Source: a virus
Reading direction: 5' to 3' (one strand)
Virus record (IMG/VR): IMGVR_UViG_3300047557_001498
Coordinates: 32,001 to 96,000 of that record
DNA length: 64,000 bases
The notes below the pieces were generated by a model that worked only from the letters and a program-made list of their open reading frames with translations, was not told the origin of the DNA and searched no databases. Shown here one piece after another: positions 36,525 to 45,810 of the stretch. Made by a program: the position numbers and the translations under genes. Position 1 is the stretch's first letter; every line of letters starts with the position of its first letter.

Positions 36525-37876
36525 TAGAAACCTTCTAATTCTTTGAATTTTTGTGAAAGAGCTTTCTTAACATTCATATCACCTTTCATTGAAACCGTCA
36601 CACTTTGACCCATATCTGATGATGGTTCGTATATTTCAATATGACCAGTCATTGTATTTATTTTACTTGGAAATGTCATACCATCTGGACCAAAACGATT
36701 TTTAACTATATGCCATCTACCGGTTCCACCAACTTTGTCATTGAGCTTTCTTGACAGCGACATGATAAAATCCGCAATCATAATTTTGTTATATGATTCT
36801 GAAACCTTACCACCTTCGATAACATCATCTTCAAGGGCAGAACGATTTGCCTGTGAAGCAGTCCATATGGGTATTTCATAAGTTCCACCAATACCACGAA
36901 GATCCTCGTAAATATCATTCAGTTCTAATCTCTTATCGGTTGCCTTTGCAGGTCTAATCAAATCTGCATAATCAATAATAACCAAATCAGGTTTTTTACC
37001 TTGACTAATACATTTCTCAATGTGTGATGATATAGTATTTATACTTGCAGTTTTAGTTGGATAATACTTTACAATCAATTCACCTTTTAGAGTTTCCATT
37101 GTAGAACGAATTTTTTCTTGAGCGTGTTCTTCCGAAAGATTTTGGAATGCAATCTTTGTAAAATAAGCATCAAATCTTCTTGCAACATAAAATTGATTTA
37201 ATTCCAATGTATAATATATTACAGTCTTTCCTTCTTTTACGGCATTTGCCGCAATACTCACTAATCCCCAAGATTTACCGCCACCAGCAGGAGCGATAAT
37301 AACACCAAGTTCACCGGCAGACAATCCACCGTTTGTAATATCATCTACAACATTCCATCCGGTAGGGACACAAGTTCTTGCACCTTCCTCATATCTTGCA
37401 ATAATATCAACAAGATATTCGTGACCAATATCTTTGTCTGTTCCCGCTTTTAATGCAGTATCAATTTTCTTCTTTATCAAATCGTATTTACCACTCTTAA
37501 GCAAATCAACAGATTCGATGATTGCAACTTTCATCTTTTGGTTTTTACAAAACTCTAAAGTTGCGTTTTTTACATATTCCAAATCAGAACTGTCTTTATA
37601 TTTTTTTGTTTCCGTAAGAGAATCAACAATAGTAGATTTCAAAACTTTATCATCCACCGCAAGTATTTCAGATTTAAAAACTTCTGGTGTTGGTGAACTG
37701 CGATAATTGTTGTAATAAGATATAATCTTTTCAACAATCCAAGAGTTTGCCTGTGATTCAAAATAATTTGGTTCTATAATATCGGAGACTTGTTGTAGAA
37801 ATGATTTATCAGATAACAATGCGGTAATTACTTTTGTTTGAAAGGTATGACCGAATTGTGATAGATTATCCTGCAT
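36524..37876 (-). CDS. Replicative DnaB-like helicase (gp41-like)
   Basis: GGLSAGEL, APAGGGKS, YTLEL, IIDYADL, WTASQANR, KNRFG. Confidence 0.95.
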   Translation of the reverse strand: MQDNLSQFGHTFQTKVITALLSDKSFLQQVSDIIEPNYFESQANSWIVEKIISYYNNYRSSPTPEVFKSEILAVDDKVLKSTIVDSLTETKKYKDSSDLEYVKNATLEFCKNQKMKVAIIESVDLLKSGKYDLIKKKIDTALKAGTDKDIGHEYLVDIIARYEEGARTCVPTGWNVVDDITNGGLSAGELGVIIAPAGGGKSWGLVSIAANAVKEGKTVIYYTLELNQFYVARRFDAYFTKIAFQNLSEEHAQEKIRSTMETLKGELIVKYYPTKTASINTISSHIEKCISQGKKPDLVIIDYADLIRPAKATDKRLELNDIYEDLRGIGGTYEIPIWTASQANRSALEDDVIEGGKVSESYNKIMIADFIMSLSRKLNDKVGGTGRWHIVKNRFGPDGMTFPSKINTMTGHIEIYEPSSDMGQSVTVSMKGDMNVKKALSQKFKELEGF

Positions 37877-38912
37877 TTTTATTCCTAAACTTGTTTAATT
37901 GTGTAAAATTCTTTTTCAACCATTCATCCCAATCTGCAATTATTGATTGCAACTTGTCTTGTAAATATAATTTACCCAACTCCACCGTATTCATTGAATC
38001 TATCTCACCATCAACTAAACCACGAATATTTGATTTATGACTCTGTGAAATATCAACATCATGTAATTGCATGATGTCATAATTCGTTTGTAGTTTATTT
38101 GTACTATGTTTTAGTGTTTGAAGTGCCTTTAATTTACCATCATATAATTTACAAATTTCTATGAACTTTTCCAAATTTATTTTTTCTTTTTCCGATAATT
38201 GTGGGAAATGTTTTTTAATTGTTGTTTCGCCAACCCCATGAATACCAGAAACATTATCACTTTTATCACCCATTAGTGCCTTGTATATGATATAATTCTC
38301 ACACCATATACCAGTTTCTTCGAGTAGATTTTCTGGATTATACATCTTCTTTTTGGTTGGCAAATACACATTCACTTTATCTGAAACTAATTGTAGGAAG
38401 TCTCTGTCATTAGAAAGTATTACTACTTTTTCTTTGAAATACGAAGAAAGATATGCAATAACATCATCTGCTTCTATATTGTCTATCATTATTATAGTTA
38501 CCGGCAGATTTTGTAAATAAGCAAAAACACGCAACATTTGATGTTTCATTGCCGCCTGTTCATCATCAATACCTTCAAACCCGACAACACGGTTCAACTT
38601 TGATTTTATTGCCCTACCTTCTTTGTAGTTTGAATATATTTTTTTCCTTCGATGTGAACCACCCTTTCCATCAAAGACAACAACAACCCGCGTTGGATTT
38701 ACCATGCGGATTGTTGCTCCAAGCGACTTTAAGAATCCAGATAGACCACCGACATGAATACCATCTTCGTTCAATGTTGGGATGGCAGAAAAGGTGCGTA
38801 TGAAAAGATTCATCCCATCAACAATCAAAACCTTACTATCACGATGTAGGTTTACTTGTTCGGCGTTTTCTGTTTCTATTTCTTGTAAAAGTCTTTGATA
38901 TTTTTTGTTCAT
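37866..38912 (-). CDS. 5'-3' exonuclease / T4 RNase H-like flap nuclease
   Basis: LIVDGMN, VFDG, YKEGR, EADD, SNDRDFLQL, GDKSDNVSGI. Confidence 0.92.
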   Translation of the reverse strand: MNKKYQRLLQEIETENAEQVNLHRDSKVLIVDGMNLFIRTFSAIPTLNEDGIHVGGLSGFLKSLGATIRMVNPTRVVVVFDGKGGSHRRKKIYSNYKEGRAIKSKLNRVVGFEGIDDEQAAMKHQMLRVFAYLQNLPVTIIMIDNIEADDVIAYLSSYFKEKVVILSNDRDFLQLVSDKVNVYLPTKKKMYNPENLLEETGIWCENYIIYKALMGDKSDNVSGIHGVGETTIKKHFPQLSEKEKINLEKFIEICKLYDGKLKALQTLKHSTNKLQTNYDIMQLHDVDISQSHKSNIRGLVDGEIDSMNTVELGKLYLQDKLQSIIADWDEWLKKNFTQLNKFRNKNAG

Positions 38913-38944
38913 TGTAACCAATTCCATATATCGTTTTATCAATA

Positions 38945-38975
38945 CTAATATACGAAAATAATATGACATTGCAAA
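38945..38975 (-). promoter_or_regulatory. Bacteroidota-type promoter TTTG-N19-TATATTAG
   Basis: Upstream of the exonuclease-helicase operon. Confidence 0.65.
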
Positions 38976-38977
38976 AT

Positions 38978-39003
38978 AAAAAAAGAGAATCGGATGATTC
39001 TCT
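38978..39003 (-). terminator. Rho-independent terminator
   Basis: AGAGAATC-N4-GATTCTCT stem plus T7 on the minus strand. Confidence 0.7.
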
Positions 39004-39043
39004 CTGTATAATTCTTAATTGGCTATTAGTTAATAATCGTTTA

Positions 39044-39460
39044 TTAAATATAATCATTTGCCGATATGCCTAATTTTGGAGCCAACTCGCGTATTTCTTG
39101 TTCTATCTCTCTTGATTGTTGAGGTCCAGCATATTCTTCATTGTAAATAACCAACCTTGATAATTCATGCACCATTTCAAAAAATGCATTACCTTTCATT
39201 TTTTTTATTTGTTGCTCTAATGGTTTCACTTGCTTTTCAGCATCTGTTGCTTCTTCTCCCCAACTTAATTCCTCTGTTTTACGGTAATACACATAATCTT
39301 TAATCAATTCTTTTATATCATTATATTGATTAGGTGTTTCAGGAGATATTTTTTCAATCGGTGCATTTCCGAAAGGTGCCTCGTTTATTTTTTTGTTAAA
39401 CTTTTCATGTATTGATCTTCCTTCTTGCACTAGATCCTTTACTTTTATCGTCTTACTCAT
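39044..39460 (-). CDS. Hypothetical protein with IKVKDLVQE leader (putative internal head protein)
   Basis: GGAG RBS; late motif at 39494-39501. Confidence 0.65.
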   Translation of the reverse strand: MSKTIKVKDLVQEGRSIHEKFNKKINEAPFGNAPIEKISPETPNQYNDIKELIKDYVYYRKTEELSWGEEATDAEKQVKPLEQQIKKMKGNAFFEMVHELSRLVIYNEEYAGPQQSREIEQEIRELAPKLGISANDYI

Positions 39461-39531
39461 ATCAAATACTCCAAAAAAAATACTCTATTTGAATATAAAT
39501 ATGGGGATAAACAAATTTACCCCCAATAAAA

Positions 39532-40680
39532 TTATACTTCATCTTGTAGTAATGGTTCATCTGAAAGAGTTACATCATCGATTCTGGCTTCATCCAATTT
39601 CTTGTATTTCATAATTACCTTATCAGCAATTTCATCATATACTATATCGTATAATTCAGCATCACTCATAATCTTTTCAACAAATTCTTTGGATTGAAAT
39701 TTGATAACTTCTCCAGAACGTTTGTCTGTCCATGAATACCAAGCACCAGATTGAGATACAAGGTTGTGTTCTTTCATAACAGTAAGCCAACTACTGTAAT
39801 CATCAATACCACTATCAAAGTAAACCTCATATTCACACTCTCTCAATGGAGGACCACAACGATTTTTAACTAACTTTGCCTTAACTCTCGAACCAACAAT
39901 TTCATCACGACCTTCTCTCTTTGCCTTGATGGCACCGATTGAAGACAGACGAAGACGAACAGATGCATGGAAAGGAATACCTTTACCACCAGGTGTTGTC
40001 CAAGGATCAGAGAATGCTGGGGCATTCAATTTCTGACGAAGTTGGTTTGTGATAATCAAACAAATACGCTCTCTACCGATAAGATTTGTAATCTTTCTCA
40101 TTGCCTTTGAAATGATAAGTGCCTTTGCCGTAGCATAACCATCCTTATCAAAATCTGCAGCCATTTCTGTTTTAGTGGATGCACCGGCGATTGAATCAAT
40201 TACAATAGTTACCAGTCTATCTTTATCGGATGAACGAACTTTGTCAATGATAACATCAACTGTTTCAAAAATATCTTCTACGGTTTCCAATGGAATGTAT
40301 AACATATCTTTTAAGTTCAAACCGATTGCAGTTAGATATTCGGTAGCAATAGCATTCTCGGTATCAATATAAACTGCAAGACCACCTTTCTTTTGTGTGT
40401 TTAGAAGTGCATGGGCTGCCAATAGAGATTTACCAGATTGTTCGAGACCTGTTATTTCAGATACACGACCAACAGGAAAACCACCATACTTACGATTGGA
40501 AATAGCCAAATCCAACATGGTTGAGCCAGTTCCTACCCATTCTTTTACTATCGTAGGTGCATCACTATCACCTTCAAGAAAGTAAGCGGTCTTAACATTT
40601 TGTGTTTTGAATTGTTTATTTATAGTTTCGGCAATGACTCCACCGAGTTCATCGGATAAATCACTTTTTGATTTTGCCAT
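39532..40680 (-). CDS. uvsX: RecA/UvsX recombinase
   Basis: GRVSEITGLEQSGKS, YIDTE, VIDSIA, TNQLR, TPGGKGIPFHASVRL. Confidence 0.95.
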   Translation of the reverse strand: MAKSKSDLSDELGGVIAETINKQFKTQNVKTAYFLEGDSDAPTIVKEWVGTGSTMLDLAISNRKYGGFPVGRVSEITGLEQSGKSLLAAHALLNTQKKGGLAVYIDTENAIATEYLTAIGLNLKDMLYIPLETVEDIFETVDVIIDKVRSSDKDRLVTIVIDSIAGASTKTEMAADFDKDGYATAKALIISKAMRKITNLIGRERICLIITNQLRQKLNAPAFSDPWTTPGGKGIPFHASVRLRLSSIGAIKAKREGRDEIVGSRVKAKLVKNRCGPPLRECEYEVYFDSGIDDYSSWLTVMKEHNLVSQSGAWYSWTDKRSGEVIKFQSKEFVEKIMSDAELYDIVYDEIADKVIMKYKKLDEARIDDVTLSDEPLLQDEV

Positions 40681-40693
40681 AAAACACCCTTAA

Positions 40694-41455
40694 TTAAAAT
40701 AAGTCATCAAATGTAACACCAATATCATCGGTAGATGTAGCTGGTGTTTCTGATTTTGTTTCTTTCTTTTCTTCTTTGTAATTGAGATCTTCAGCAGGTT
40801 CATCTGATTTACCCAACCATGTTTGTAATTGAATTTTCAATTCATCATAAGTTGGTTCAGGATAAAGTTCTGTGATTTTGGATTGTTCTTTTATTTTTTC
40901 AATAACCGATTGATCCTCTGTTACTACCGTTTCTTTTGGTTTGATTCTGATTGTTGTTTCTGCATAATCTCTGCCAGTTTCTTCTGGTGATTTTACAGTT
41001 ACAACAATATCTCTACCGGTTTTCAAATCAGATAAATCACCGTAATCAGGATCAGCAAAGAAACCAAGAAGTTCTTGATAAAGTTGTTTACCAAATCCCC
41101 AAAACTTTACACCTTCATTTTCTTGTCCACGAATGATAACAGGAACATAAACTCTCATTTTTGGTTCAAGTTTTCTACCCATAATCCAATCACTCTTATC
41201 GCCAGTTTGTTTCAGTTTTTCTGCAAAGTCTACGATTGGATCAGGTCTACCAAAAGACACAGGTGAAAGAATTGAACGCTTACCGAGATTGTAGTGAAAA
41301 TACATTTCTAAAAATGGATTCTCTCTGTTATGGATATAAGGAACAATACGGATTTGGTGTTCACCGGGTTCGGGTTTCCAAAGATTAGATGTGCGATTGT
41401 TTGTGTTTTTTAAAGAGTTCAAACGACTCTTGATTGCATCTAAGTTAATACTCAC
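40694..41455 (-). CDS. Single-stranded DNA-binding protein (gp32-like)
   Basis: LWKP, IRIVPY, GVKFWGFGK, DYGDLSDLKTGRDI, acidic tail ending FDDLF; GTG start with AGGAG RBS. Confidence 0.85.
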   Translation of the reverse strand: MSINLDAIKSRLNSLKNTNNRTSNLWKPEPGEHQIRIVPYIHNRENPFLEMYFHYNLGKRSILSPVSFGRPDPIVDFAEKLKQTGDKSDWIMGRKLEPKMRVYVPVIIRGQENEGVKFWGFGKQLYQELLGFFADPDYGDLSDLKTGRDIVVTVKSPEETGRDYAETTIRIKPKETVVTEDQSVIEKIKEQSKITELYPEPTYDELKIQLQTWLGKSDEPAEDLNYKEEKKETKSETPATSTDDIGVTFDDLF

Positions 41456-41519
41456 GATGTAACTCCTAATGTGTAATAAAAATAATGATTAACCACTAAT
41501 GGTTAATGTTTAATGTATA

Positions 41520-41551
41520 CTAATATACGAATTTAATATTTAATAAGCAAA
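41520..41551 (-). promoter_or_regulatory. Bacteroidota-type promoter TTTG-N20-TATATTAG
   Basis: Upstream of the ssb-uvsX operon. Confidence 0.65.
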
Positions 41552-41558
41552 TTTTATT

Positions 41559-42392
41559 TTATTTTTTTAATAAGTTTTTCAACTTAATGCCAACCGATTC
41601 AGGAAGTTTTTCAGTATTGGTGGCACTATTCTTCCAATCCGGAGCATCGTCTGTCTGTGGCATTACCTCTCTGGATGGAGCACCATCTACCGGCTGATTA
41701 TTTTCATTCATCTTTTGAACATTAGACCAAATATAGTTGGCAATCTTTTCTGAACTATCACCTTTTTCATATTTTGCAAAGACATCAATAACCTCATCTG
41801 TTATATTGTCTACAACATATTTTTTCAATACTTCTTCGCTTATAGTAAAAAGATTTATGCCACCACCTTCTGCACTTGGTATTTTACCCAATTCTGCACC
41901 GATACCTAATTGAGTTGTTTTCAATGCTTCGATTGGCTTTTTTATATTTGTCAAATCTATTGCCTTTATTTTTGCATAAGGATTTATACAATACACCTGT
42001 GACCAACGATGATGGCCGTCTATAACAAATTGTCCTCCACCTCCAGTAACTATCGGTGTGTTATTCACCGTAACTATGCCACCACGAAGATACGATTCTA
42101 CATTAGAAGCATTTTTTAATGGATAACTCAATGATTTACTCAATACAACTTCGTTTTGAGTTGGCTTTAATTTGATACATTGAGGAGCAATACTCGATGT
42201 CTTAACTGGAGATTCAGATGACAATGACTTAATAGCAGCCAAAAATTTTGGATCATCTATATTATCACCCAATTCTTTTACAAAAGTAACATAATCTTTT
42301 TTCAAAATACGTTTTAATTCTTCTTTTGCATCATCTTCGTTTATTCGTATTTCATTTAAAATACTTTTCAGTAATGGCAATTTGTTTGACAT
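41559..42392 (-). CDS. ParB/Srx-like domain protein
   Basis: LKPTQ, PIV, VIDGHHRW; LLKSILNE leader and C-terminal IKLKNLL. Confidence 0.7.
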   Translation of the reverse strand: MSNKLPLLKSILNEIRINEDDAKEELKRILKKDYVTFVKELGDNIDDPKFLAAIKSLSSESPVKTSSIAPQCIKLKPTQNEVVLSKSLSYPLKNASNVESYLRGGIVTVNNTPIVTGGGGQFVIDGHHRWSQVYCINPYAKIKAIDLTNIKKPIEALKTTQLGIGAELGKIPSAEGGGINLFTISEEVLKKYVVDNITDEVIDVFAKYEKGDSSEKIANYIWSNVQKMNENNQPVDGAPSREVMPQTDDAPDWKNSATNTEKLPESVGIKLKNLLKK

Positions 42393-42406
42393 ATCCCTTC
42401 CAAATA

Positions 42407-43093
42407 TTATTTACGAATTAAACCAGATATTTTTTTGTCCGTTAAACTACGTCTTACCATTTCTTTTATTTTTTTACGCAATTTATTTTGATGATATTTA
42501 CTTATCTTACTTTCTTTTTTAACTGGCTCTGGTTGTTCTTCCGATGAAGTTTCTGTATCATTTGTCTTTGGTTCTTCATTTGAATCTGGTTCTTCTTCAG
42601 TTTCTTCTTCAGATTTCATACTAGACAAAAGTTTTGATTCTATCTTATCTGATATTGTCTGTGAGGTAGATTCCAAAGCGGGTAACATTTTTTGAACAGT
42701 TTGATTATCTTCATCTGTTAATTTTTGTTTTATGTATATTCCTATCTTTTTGATAAGTTTTTTTACATCTTTATCTCTTTCAGTCTTTTCCGGTTCGGTG
42801 AATGGTTCTGATAATAAAGCATTTAGAGAACGATATAATATTTTTAATGTACCGTCACCGTGAAATCTTGAACTTATAGATTCGAGTTTTGTTCTATCAT
42901 CTTTCTTTTGATATTGTTCAGATTGGGAAAATGAATCATACCAATTTATGAGTTTGTTCATTTTCACATCAGGAAAAATATATGTCATCATACTACGATT
43001 GTTTTGTAATATTTCCGTAGAATCTATTACAGCAATATAGTCTATAAAATTTTCATTTGATGATTCGATTTCTTCTTTCAATGATTTTTTCAT
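42407..43093 (-). CDS. Hypothetical protein (acidic linker, LRKKIKEMVR helix)
   Basis: ORF track. Confidence 0.6.
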   Translation of the reverse strand: MKKSLKEEIESSNENFIDYIAVIDSTEILQNNRSMMTYIFPDVKMNKLINWYDSFSQSEQYQKKDDRTKLESISSRFHGDGTLKILYRSLNALLSEPFTEPEKTERDKDVKKLIKKIGIYIKQKLTDEDNQTVQKMLPALESTSQTISDKIESKLLSSMKSEEETEEEPDSNEEPKTNDTETSSEEQPEPVKKESKISKYHQNKLRKKIKEMVRRSLTDKKISGLIRK

Positions 43094-43102
43094 TTTGAAT
43101 CC

Positions 43103-43429
43103 TTATGGTATCAAAGATATTATGTTCTTTGGTTGAGTTACATATAAACTTATACTAGTTTGTTTGTTAAAAAAATGTAACTTGTTTCCCATTGCTTTCT
43201 TATATTCATATCCTAATTTTTTTAAGACATCTACAATTTGTTTTTCTGTATAATAACTACCATCAATTCTGTTGTCTGGAAGAATTGCAAGTTTTTCCAA
43301 TTCACCTTTTAATTCTTGAAAAATAGTCTCAAATCCGTTACCTTCTGAAACTTCTAATTTTTCCATAAGTTTTTCCATAACACGATTTGTTATTTCTTCA
43401 ACTAACATATTGTACTTGATTTTGCTCAT
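43103..43429 (-). CDS. Hypothetical protein
   Basis: ORF; late motif at 43466-43473. Confidence 0.6.
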   Translation of the reverse strand: MSKIKYNMLVEEITNRVMEKLMEKLEVSEGNGFETIFQELKGELEKLAILPDNRIDGSYYTEKQIVDVLKKLGYEYKKAMGNKLHFFNKQTSISLYVTQPKNIISLIP

Positions 43430-43484
43430 ATTTTTTCTTATTTGTTTAAAAAATTAAAATATACATATAAATATGTCATACTAA

Positions 43485-43904
43485 TTAAATTGTATAAACT
43501 TTGAGTAGTATTATTTTAACAACTTTGAAACCATCTTTATTTTTTAATAGGGCACAATTTCTATATCTTTCCCATTCGATAGGATATGTTTTATCTAATA
43601 TACCATTGTTTAAGTTCATAATCAATTCATTCAAAGCATTTATAGTATAAATCGTATTAGTTTCACGCTTTTGATGAACCATTATTGAGTTGGGTAGGAA
43701 TTTTTTGTAACTATCCATTACAACATTATAGGATAGTATACAATCTTCTTTTAGATCAAAAGTTCTAAAAAGAAATACTTTATTATTCAAAATTGAAAAT
43801 GTATCTTTTATATCACGAATAGTGTTATCTATTTGGTGTTTGCGTGTAAATGTACATACTAATTGTGTCTTCAATACCTCTCTCTCTATTTTTTGAAATT
43901 TCAT
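43485..43904 (-). CDS. Conserved phage hypothetical protein
   Basis: LVCTFT, SYNV, HQKRETNTIYTINALN; late motif directly upstream (43909-43916). Confidence 0.65.
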   Translation of the reverse strand: MKFQKIEREVLKTQLVCTFTRKHQIDNTIRDIKDTFSILNNKVFLFRTFDLKEDCILSYNVVMDSYKKFLPNSIMVHQKRETNTIYTINALNELIMNLNNGILDKTYPIEWERYRNCALLKNKDGFKVVKIILLKVYTI

Positions 43905-43921
43905 TACATATAAATATGTTT

Positions 43922-45133
43922 CTAAATTTGCAGAATACTACCAAAAGTATCACCTGTGTAAATTTTTACTGACATATTATCAGTCTCGAAAGCACGGTGA
44001 AGAACATCTATCAAATCCATTTCATCTGGATGAATGTCAAAAATAAAAGCATCATACAGATACATCATAAATACTGATTTTTTATTCTTCAAATGTGGTA
44101 AAATAGTTTTTATCTTACGGACATTGTATTCAGTTTCTAATGATTGAAGAAAATAATTGAATAATTTATTCGGTGTTACATCTTGAATATCACGAAATAT
44201 CTTTTCATAAAACCATGATTTCACTTCTGATTCATTTTCATATTGTTCGTATAAAGTATCAATCATTGCTTGAACAGTTTGAAAAAACGGATGTCCCATA
44301 AATTCAGAAGTTATTGTGCCATAAATATTTTGAAACACCTTACCTTTGAATTGGTCATAATCCATGTCAATTCCTAATTCATTCCGTATCTGTTCGTATG
44401 GATGATAGTCGAAATGATAATCCAATATCTTTGCCAATAACTTTATGTGAAAGGCATCATAATCAAATTGAACAATTTTACCACCTTCAAACCGTGAACG
44501 AATTTTATCACGAGTTCCATCTTTCTTATTCATGGCTGCGAAATTAAATCCACCCCAAGCATTACTTGGTCTGCCAGTTGCAGTATACCACATATAGTTT
44601 TGTTTTTTTATCTCATCACCAACAAGGATATGATTTTTTTCTATCTCATGGAATACTTCTATGAAATCATTACAATAGTTCACACATTTTTCTTTTTTGA
44701 ACTCAAATGGTTTTAATCTCAATACATATTTTGCAATACCTCTTGCCCATTCTAATTGATTTGCAAGTGGAATAACATGGCCTAAATCTTCTATCTTGTA
44801 AAACTTGTTAGCAAGATAATCCATACCTTTTGGATAAAATTCTTGTGGATTGATAGGTGTTGTTGCATAATAATGTAGGTATGAGTTTATATCAAAACCA
44901 TCATTGAAATCATTATTCACCAATACTTTTTTGTTGAACACAAGTGATTTTGGATGTAGTTTTATTTCTTGTAGGGTTATATCGGTATCAATTTCATCCG
45001 GATGCGTAAAATTGATATATCTATCTTCTCCAATTCCGAATGCCAGATAAAGACCTACGATAGCGACTTCTGATTGGTGTTTGTTGGCATTACTTGTGAT
45101 TGGAACACAAATGCAAGGTTTGTCTTGGAACAT
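43922..45133 (-). CDS. Compact family A DNA polymerase-like protein
   Basis: TATGRPS, motif A FDYDAFH, motif B KGKVFQNIYG, NYFLQS, motif C YLYDAFIFD. Confidence 0.75.
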   Translation of the reverse strand: MFQDKPCICVPITSNANKHQSEVAIVGLYLAFGIGEDRYINFTHPDEIDTDITLQEIKLHPKSLVFNKKVLVNNDFNDGFDINSYLHYYATTPINPQEFYPKGMDYLANKFYKIEDLGHVIPLANQLEWARGIAKYVLRLKPFEFKKEKCVNYCNDFIEVFHEIEKNHILVGDEIKKQNYMWYTATGRPSNAWGGFNFAAMNKKDGTRDKIRSRFEGGKIVQFDYDAFHIKLLAKILDYHFDYHPYEQIRNELGIDMDYDQFKGKVFQNIYGTITSEFMGHPFFQTVQAMIDTLYEQYENESEVKSWFYEKIFRDIQDVTPNKLFNYFLQSLETEYNVRKIKTILPHLKNKKSVFMMYLYDAFIFDIHPDEMDLIDVLHRAFETDNMSVKIYTGDTFGSILQI

Positions 45134-45138
45134 AATTA

Positions 45139-45795
45139 TTATACATCGTATACGGTATATTCAAAAAAATTCGTAACTACTTCTGCTAATTTAGGAAATT
45201 TTTGTGAATGCCGCAAGACAATTCTTTTATTTGTGTCAAATACTCCAGGTGTAACTAAAAGACCATTTTCAAAAACATCGTACTGTGGACCATCCAGTTT
45301 CCACTTAAACTCCAACAATCCATATAAACTTTGATTTATTCCGGCATTTGTAACTTTGTATAAACTTTTTTGATTGTCACTTATTTCAAGAAAAACTCTA
45401 TTTGGCTCATTCCTTTTGTATACGAAGTATCTGTCCATCACACCCTTTAACAACTCAGCATCTGTTGTTTTTCTTTTTATAGCTCTAGGTGCCTTATATC
45501 TATTTGTATTGTAAACACCACTACTCATTATTTCTTTTTTTTGACCATTTGAATTTATGTAGTTTTTTGTATCAATATATTCAAAAAAAGATTCATCTCT
45601 ATTTCTATATGTAACAAGTTTTTTTGAAGTTTTTGCATTCCATTCTGGACCGGTAAATGTTTCTCCAGTTATGTATCTGTGATATAAACCACGATATTCT
45701 TTCCAGTCTTCAAGTGTCATCCATTCTTTACCTTGTGTATAAAGATTCTTTTGAATTTGACTGTCTGGATAATATAATTTATTACGGTAATTCAT
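45139..45795 (-). CDS. Hypothetical (probable virion) protein
   Basis: YYPDSQI..NLYTQGKEW..YRGLYH; in the tail operon. Confidence 0.6.
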   Translation of the reverse strand: MNYRNKLYYPDSQIQKNLYTQGKEWMTLEDWKEYRGLYHRYITGETFTGPEWNAKTSKKLVTYRNRDESFFEYIDTKNYINSNGQKKEIMSSGVYNTNRYKAPRAIKRKTTDAELLKGVMDRYFVYKRNEPNRVFLEISDNQKSLYKVTNAGINQSLYGLLEFKWKLDGPQYDVFENGLLVTPGVFDTNKRIVLRHSQKFPKLAEVVTNFFEYTVYDV

Positions 45796-45810
45796 TTTTT
45801 ACTCGAAAAA

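Noticed and set aside
39502-39525. Terminator after uvsX (GGGGATAAA...TTTACCCCC)
   Set aside because: Imperfect stem with no clear U-tract; it abuts the late promoter motif, so it was not called.
33288-40680. Inteins or introns in nrdJ, helicase or recA
   Set aside because: Lengths and motif spacing are normal; no Hint or homing-endonuclease motifs.
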